64,000 nt of DNA from Vulcanimicrobiota bacterium. GTDB taxonomy: Bacteria > Vulcanimicrobiota > Vulcanimicrobiia > Vulcanimicrobiales > Vulcanimicrobiaceae. A program made the position numbers and the translations under genes. Position 1 is the first letter of the stretch; each line of letters starts with the position of its first letter. The stretch spans positions 32,001 through 96,000 of the forward strand of contig CAWCIZ010000003.1 in assembly GCA_963795855.1 (NCBI GenBank), in the 5' to 3' direction. The notes under the pieces were generated by a model. The model was not told where the DNA came from and did not search any database. It saw nothing but the letters and a program-made list of their open reading frames with translations. Below are positions 61,600 to 64,000 of this stretch, one piece after another.

Positions 61600-62311
61600 T
61601 TGCGGCGAGCACGTGCACGTTCATCGCCATCTCGACGATGCCGCCGCGCTGAAATCTATCGAAGATTTCCGGGATCTCCTTGCGCAATGCCCGCGCGGCC
61701 TCACCCTCTCGCGGCAAGTACGACGAAGAATCGACGCGCCCGGCGACGCCTTCGAGCGTCAGACGCTGTTTGAACGGCACGACTGCGCGGCGCAGCGCAG
61801 TGCCGCCGAGTGCGGCGAATACGTCGAGCGTGCGCATGCGCAGCGCTTCGGTATCGTCGGTCGCGTAGCGGCGAACGATAGCGGCATACGCGGCTGAAAA
61901 CGGCTGCGTTTCGTCGCGCTCGTATTGCAGCAGTGCGACGCGGCGGCGCGCGACTCGTGCAAATTCCAAAAACGCACCCGCCGGATCGAACCAGTGAAAC
62001 GCTTGAAACGCGGCTGCGACGTCCACGCTATCGTCGGGCAGCGGCAATGCCTCCGCGGTGCCGTCTTCCCACCGCACGTTCGGCCGCGGCTCCGCCTGTG
62101 CGCGCATCGCTGCATTCGGTTCGACCGCAACGACCTCGGCAACGCGTTCCGCAAGCAGATTCGCCGAGATGCCGGTTCCGGCGCCGACGTCCGCGGCGAT
62201 CAGCCGATCTTCCGGCCCGAGTCCGCGCAGCAGCGCGTCGATTGCGGCGCGGGGATACGTCGGGCGGTGCGCGGCATACGCCTGCGCGCGATCAGAGAAG
62301 CGGGAGCTCAT
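61589..62311 (-). CDS. Class I SAM methyltransferase
   Basis: YAAHRPTYP, DVGAGTG, VEPNAAM, QAFHWFD. Confidence 0.9.
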   Translation of the reverse strand: MSSRFSDRAQAYAAHRPTYPRAAIDALLRGLGPEDRLIAADVGAGTGISANLLAERVAEVVAVEPNAAMRAQAEPRPNVRWEDGTAEALPLPDDSVDVAAAFQAFHWFDPAGAFLEFARVARRRVALLQYERDETQPFSAAYAAIVRRYATDDTEALRMRTLDVFAALGGTALRRAVVPFKQRLTLEGVAGRVDSSSYLPREGEAARALRKEIPEIFDRFQRGGIVEMAMNVHVLAANVA

Positions 62312-62723
62312 CGTACAGCGCACACATCGTCTTTATGCTGCGCCTCGATTGCCGCCAAGTGCATCAACACCTGGCCTTTGTCGTCCACGCTGCCGCGCCC
62401 ATAGAGGTTGCCGTCACGAACGGTCGCTTCAAAGGGCGGCGAATGCCACAGCTCGATCGCGTCGGCCGGTTGAACGTCGTAATGTCCGTAGATGACGATC
62501 GTGGCTTTGCCCGGCGCGCCGAGCCACTCGCCGTATGCGAGCGGATTGCCGTTGGTCTCGAGCGCATACGCCCAACCAAACGCTCGCAGCAGCGGCGCAC
62601 GTCGGCGGGATGCTTCGGATCCGCCGAGATCGACGGAATTGCCACCCACGATTTCAATTCGTCGAGGTACTGCGTTTCGTGCTCCGTGCAATAGCTCGCG
62701 AGCGTATCGTCGATGACGGTCAT
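62308..62723 (-). pseudogene. Truncated, frameshifted M20 dipeptidase (N-terminal third only)
   Basis: IPSISAD, YGHYDVQP, WHSPPF, YGRGSVDDKG, then a stop; the EGEEE motif and C-terminal His are absent. Confidence 0.7.
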
Positions 62724-64000
62724 GAAGTAAACGGTTCTCCCAGTCGGACGTTCAGCGTGCCGCTGCCGCGCTGCAATTCGAAAGTGTGCGGTTTTCCGTC
62801 GTAGGCGCGCGCTTGCGTTTGATACGTGCCGTATTCCCACCAAAACGCGCCGTCGAGTTTGTTGACGATATCGTTGGTGCGCATTCCGGCCGCGTATGCC
62901 GGTCCGCCTGCCCGAACGTACGCGCGCATGTTGCCGTCGACGGTTTTGAAGAGCGAGTAATAATACGAAGGCGGATCGCCCGCGGCATACGCCAACCCCT
63001 GCGTCAGCAGGTGCTTCCATCGCTCGCCGTTCTTCGCGCCCCAATCGCGCATCCGCTGCGCGCCTTGGCGCGCGAGCGAGCGAACGTCGTCGTCGGTGGG
63101 GCGCCGCAGCACCGCGTGGTCGTGCCACTCGTTTACCACCCAGCCGCCGCAGTCGAAAAGCCGCACGCCGACGTCCACGTCCGTTCCCTCGAGCAGCGTA
63201 AAACGCGTCGAGAGCACTTCGACGTACGCGGCGTACGGTTTACCGGTGCAATCGGATGCGTTCGGATCGTCTTGTCGCAGGAACGTGCGCATATCGGAGC
63301 TGCTCAACGCGCTCGCTACCGCGCCTGCCCCAACCGCTGCGTCCGCGCTGCCGTCACTTCCGACGGCGATGCGCCCGGAAGCGCGCGCGCTCGCGAACAT
63401 CCCGTCCGGCGGCAATTCCGACGCGCTTGCGACGGCGATCGGAGACGTAAACGGGCGCACCCCGAAAAAGGCTTGGCACCCCACCGCGACCGCAATGCAT
63501 CCCGCTATCGCCACCGCAGTTTGATAGGGAAGCGTGCGCCGAGTGATTTCATCGATGTGCACGCCGGTAAAGTTCGCCACCCACACGTTCGCAGTGTTGG
63601 TCGGATCGCACACGTTCTGCACTTGCACGACCGCCATGATTGCGGCGACCAGCACGACGGCGGGCAGCGCGTGCGCGGAAAGCAACACGGTAAAAATTGC
63701 AATCCCTACGCCGAACGGGTTGAGCGGGCCGCGATAGAGCGCCAGCGGGCTGAGCAGTCCGAAGATCGCGATGAACACCAGCGGATTGTGAAGAGCCTGC
63801 GTGGCGGCCAGCGGATGCATCGCCGCCACGAAGGCCGGTTCTTTGGTCGCCGTGAACAGCATGCCGATTCCGATGAACAGCACGACGGCAGGCGCGACGT
63901 CTTCAACGCCTTTGATCGCCGCTGCAACAAGCGTGGGAATCGCGCGCGAAGGCCGCGTCGTTACCGCGCCGTACACCGCCGAAACGGCAAACGACAGCAC
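62720..64000 (-). CDS. Membrane transporter (IT/GntP/CitMHS-like) with a C-terminal soluble domain and PDZ-like motif; 5' end outside the window
   Basis: TM region with PLALYRGPLN and CDPTNTANVW, then about 240 soluble aa ending in GGPAYAAGMRTNDIVNKLDG. Confidence 0.7.
   Translation of the reverse strand: MLSFAVSAVYGAVTTRPSRAIPTLVAAAIKGVEDVAPAVVLFIGIGMLFTATKEPAFVAAMHPLAATQALHNPLVFIAIFGLLSPLALYRGPLNPFGVGIAIFTVLLSAHALPAVVLVAAIMAVVQVQNVCDPTNTANVWVANFTGVHIDEITRRTLPYQTAVAIAGCIAVAVGCQAFFGVRPFTSPIAVASASELPPDGMFASARASGRIAVGSDGSADAAVGAGAVASALSSSDMRTFLRQDDPNASDCTGKPYAAYVEVLSTRFTLLEGTDVDVGVRLFDCGGWVVNEWHDHAVLRRPTDDDVRSLARQGAQRMRDWGAKNGERWKHLLTQGLAYAAGDPPSYYYSLFKTVDGNMRAYVRAGGPAYAAGMRTNDIVNKLDGAFWWEYGTYQTQARAYDGKPHTFELQRGSGTLNVRLGEPFTS

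Overview
A gene-dense, GC-rich (visually about 63-65%) bacterial chromosomal segment of about 65 genes, almost all housekeeping or metabolic. I found no rRNA, tRNA, CRISPR array, transposase, integrase or phage genes. Recognisable genes: acnA (partial), rnd, rpiB, bolA-glutaredoxin-rhodanese, ppk1, an osmoprotectant-type ABC importer, egtD, mqo, prfC, a divergent alr, ctaA/ctaB, an A2-type caa3 cytochrome oxidase operon, nanE with a BadF-type sugar kinase, and a hydantoinase/oxoprolinase operon. The gene style resembles Candidatus Eremiobacterota (Vulcanimicrobiota); this is an impression and was not tested. More than 15 conserved genes carry small frameshifts, densest at 43.7-56 kb, most likely long-read indel errors; several apparent fusion ORFs in the supplied track are artefacts of them. 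Best candidates for undescribed biology: (1) an operon with a transporter fused to a PDZ-like domain, an M20 peptidase, a methyltransferase and a lone hydantoinase A; (2) a His-box desaturase/hydroxylase coupled to an MGDG-synthase-like glycosyltransferase; (3) a structured direct-repeat element inside the cox operon; (4) egtD near a betaine-type ABC importer and a dienelactone-hydrolase homologue lacking its Cys; (5) an FAD oxidoreductase-HExxH-kinase-nanE operon facing a TylM1-like N-methyltransferase. All functional assignments come from motif recognition by eye.
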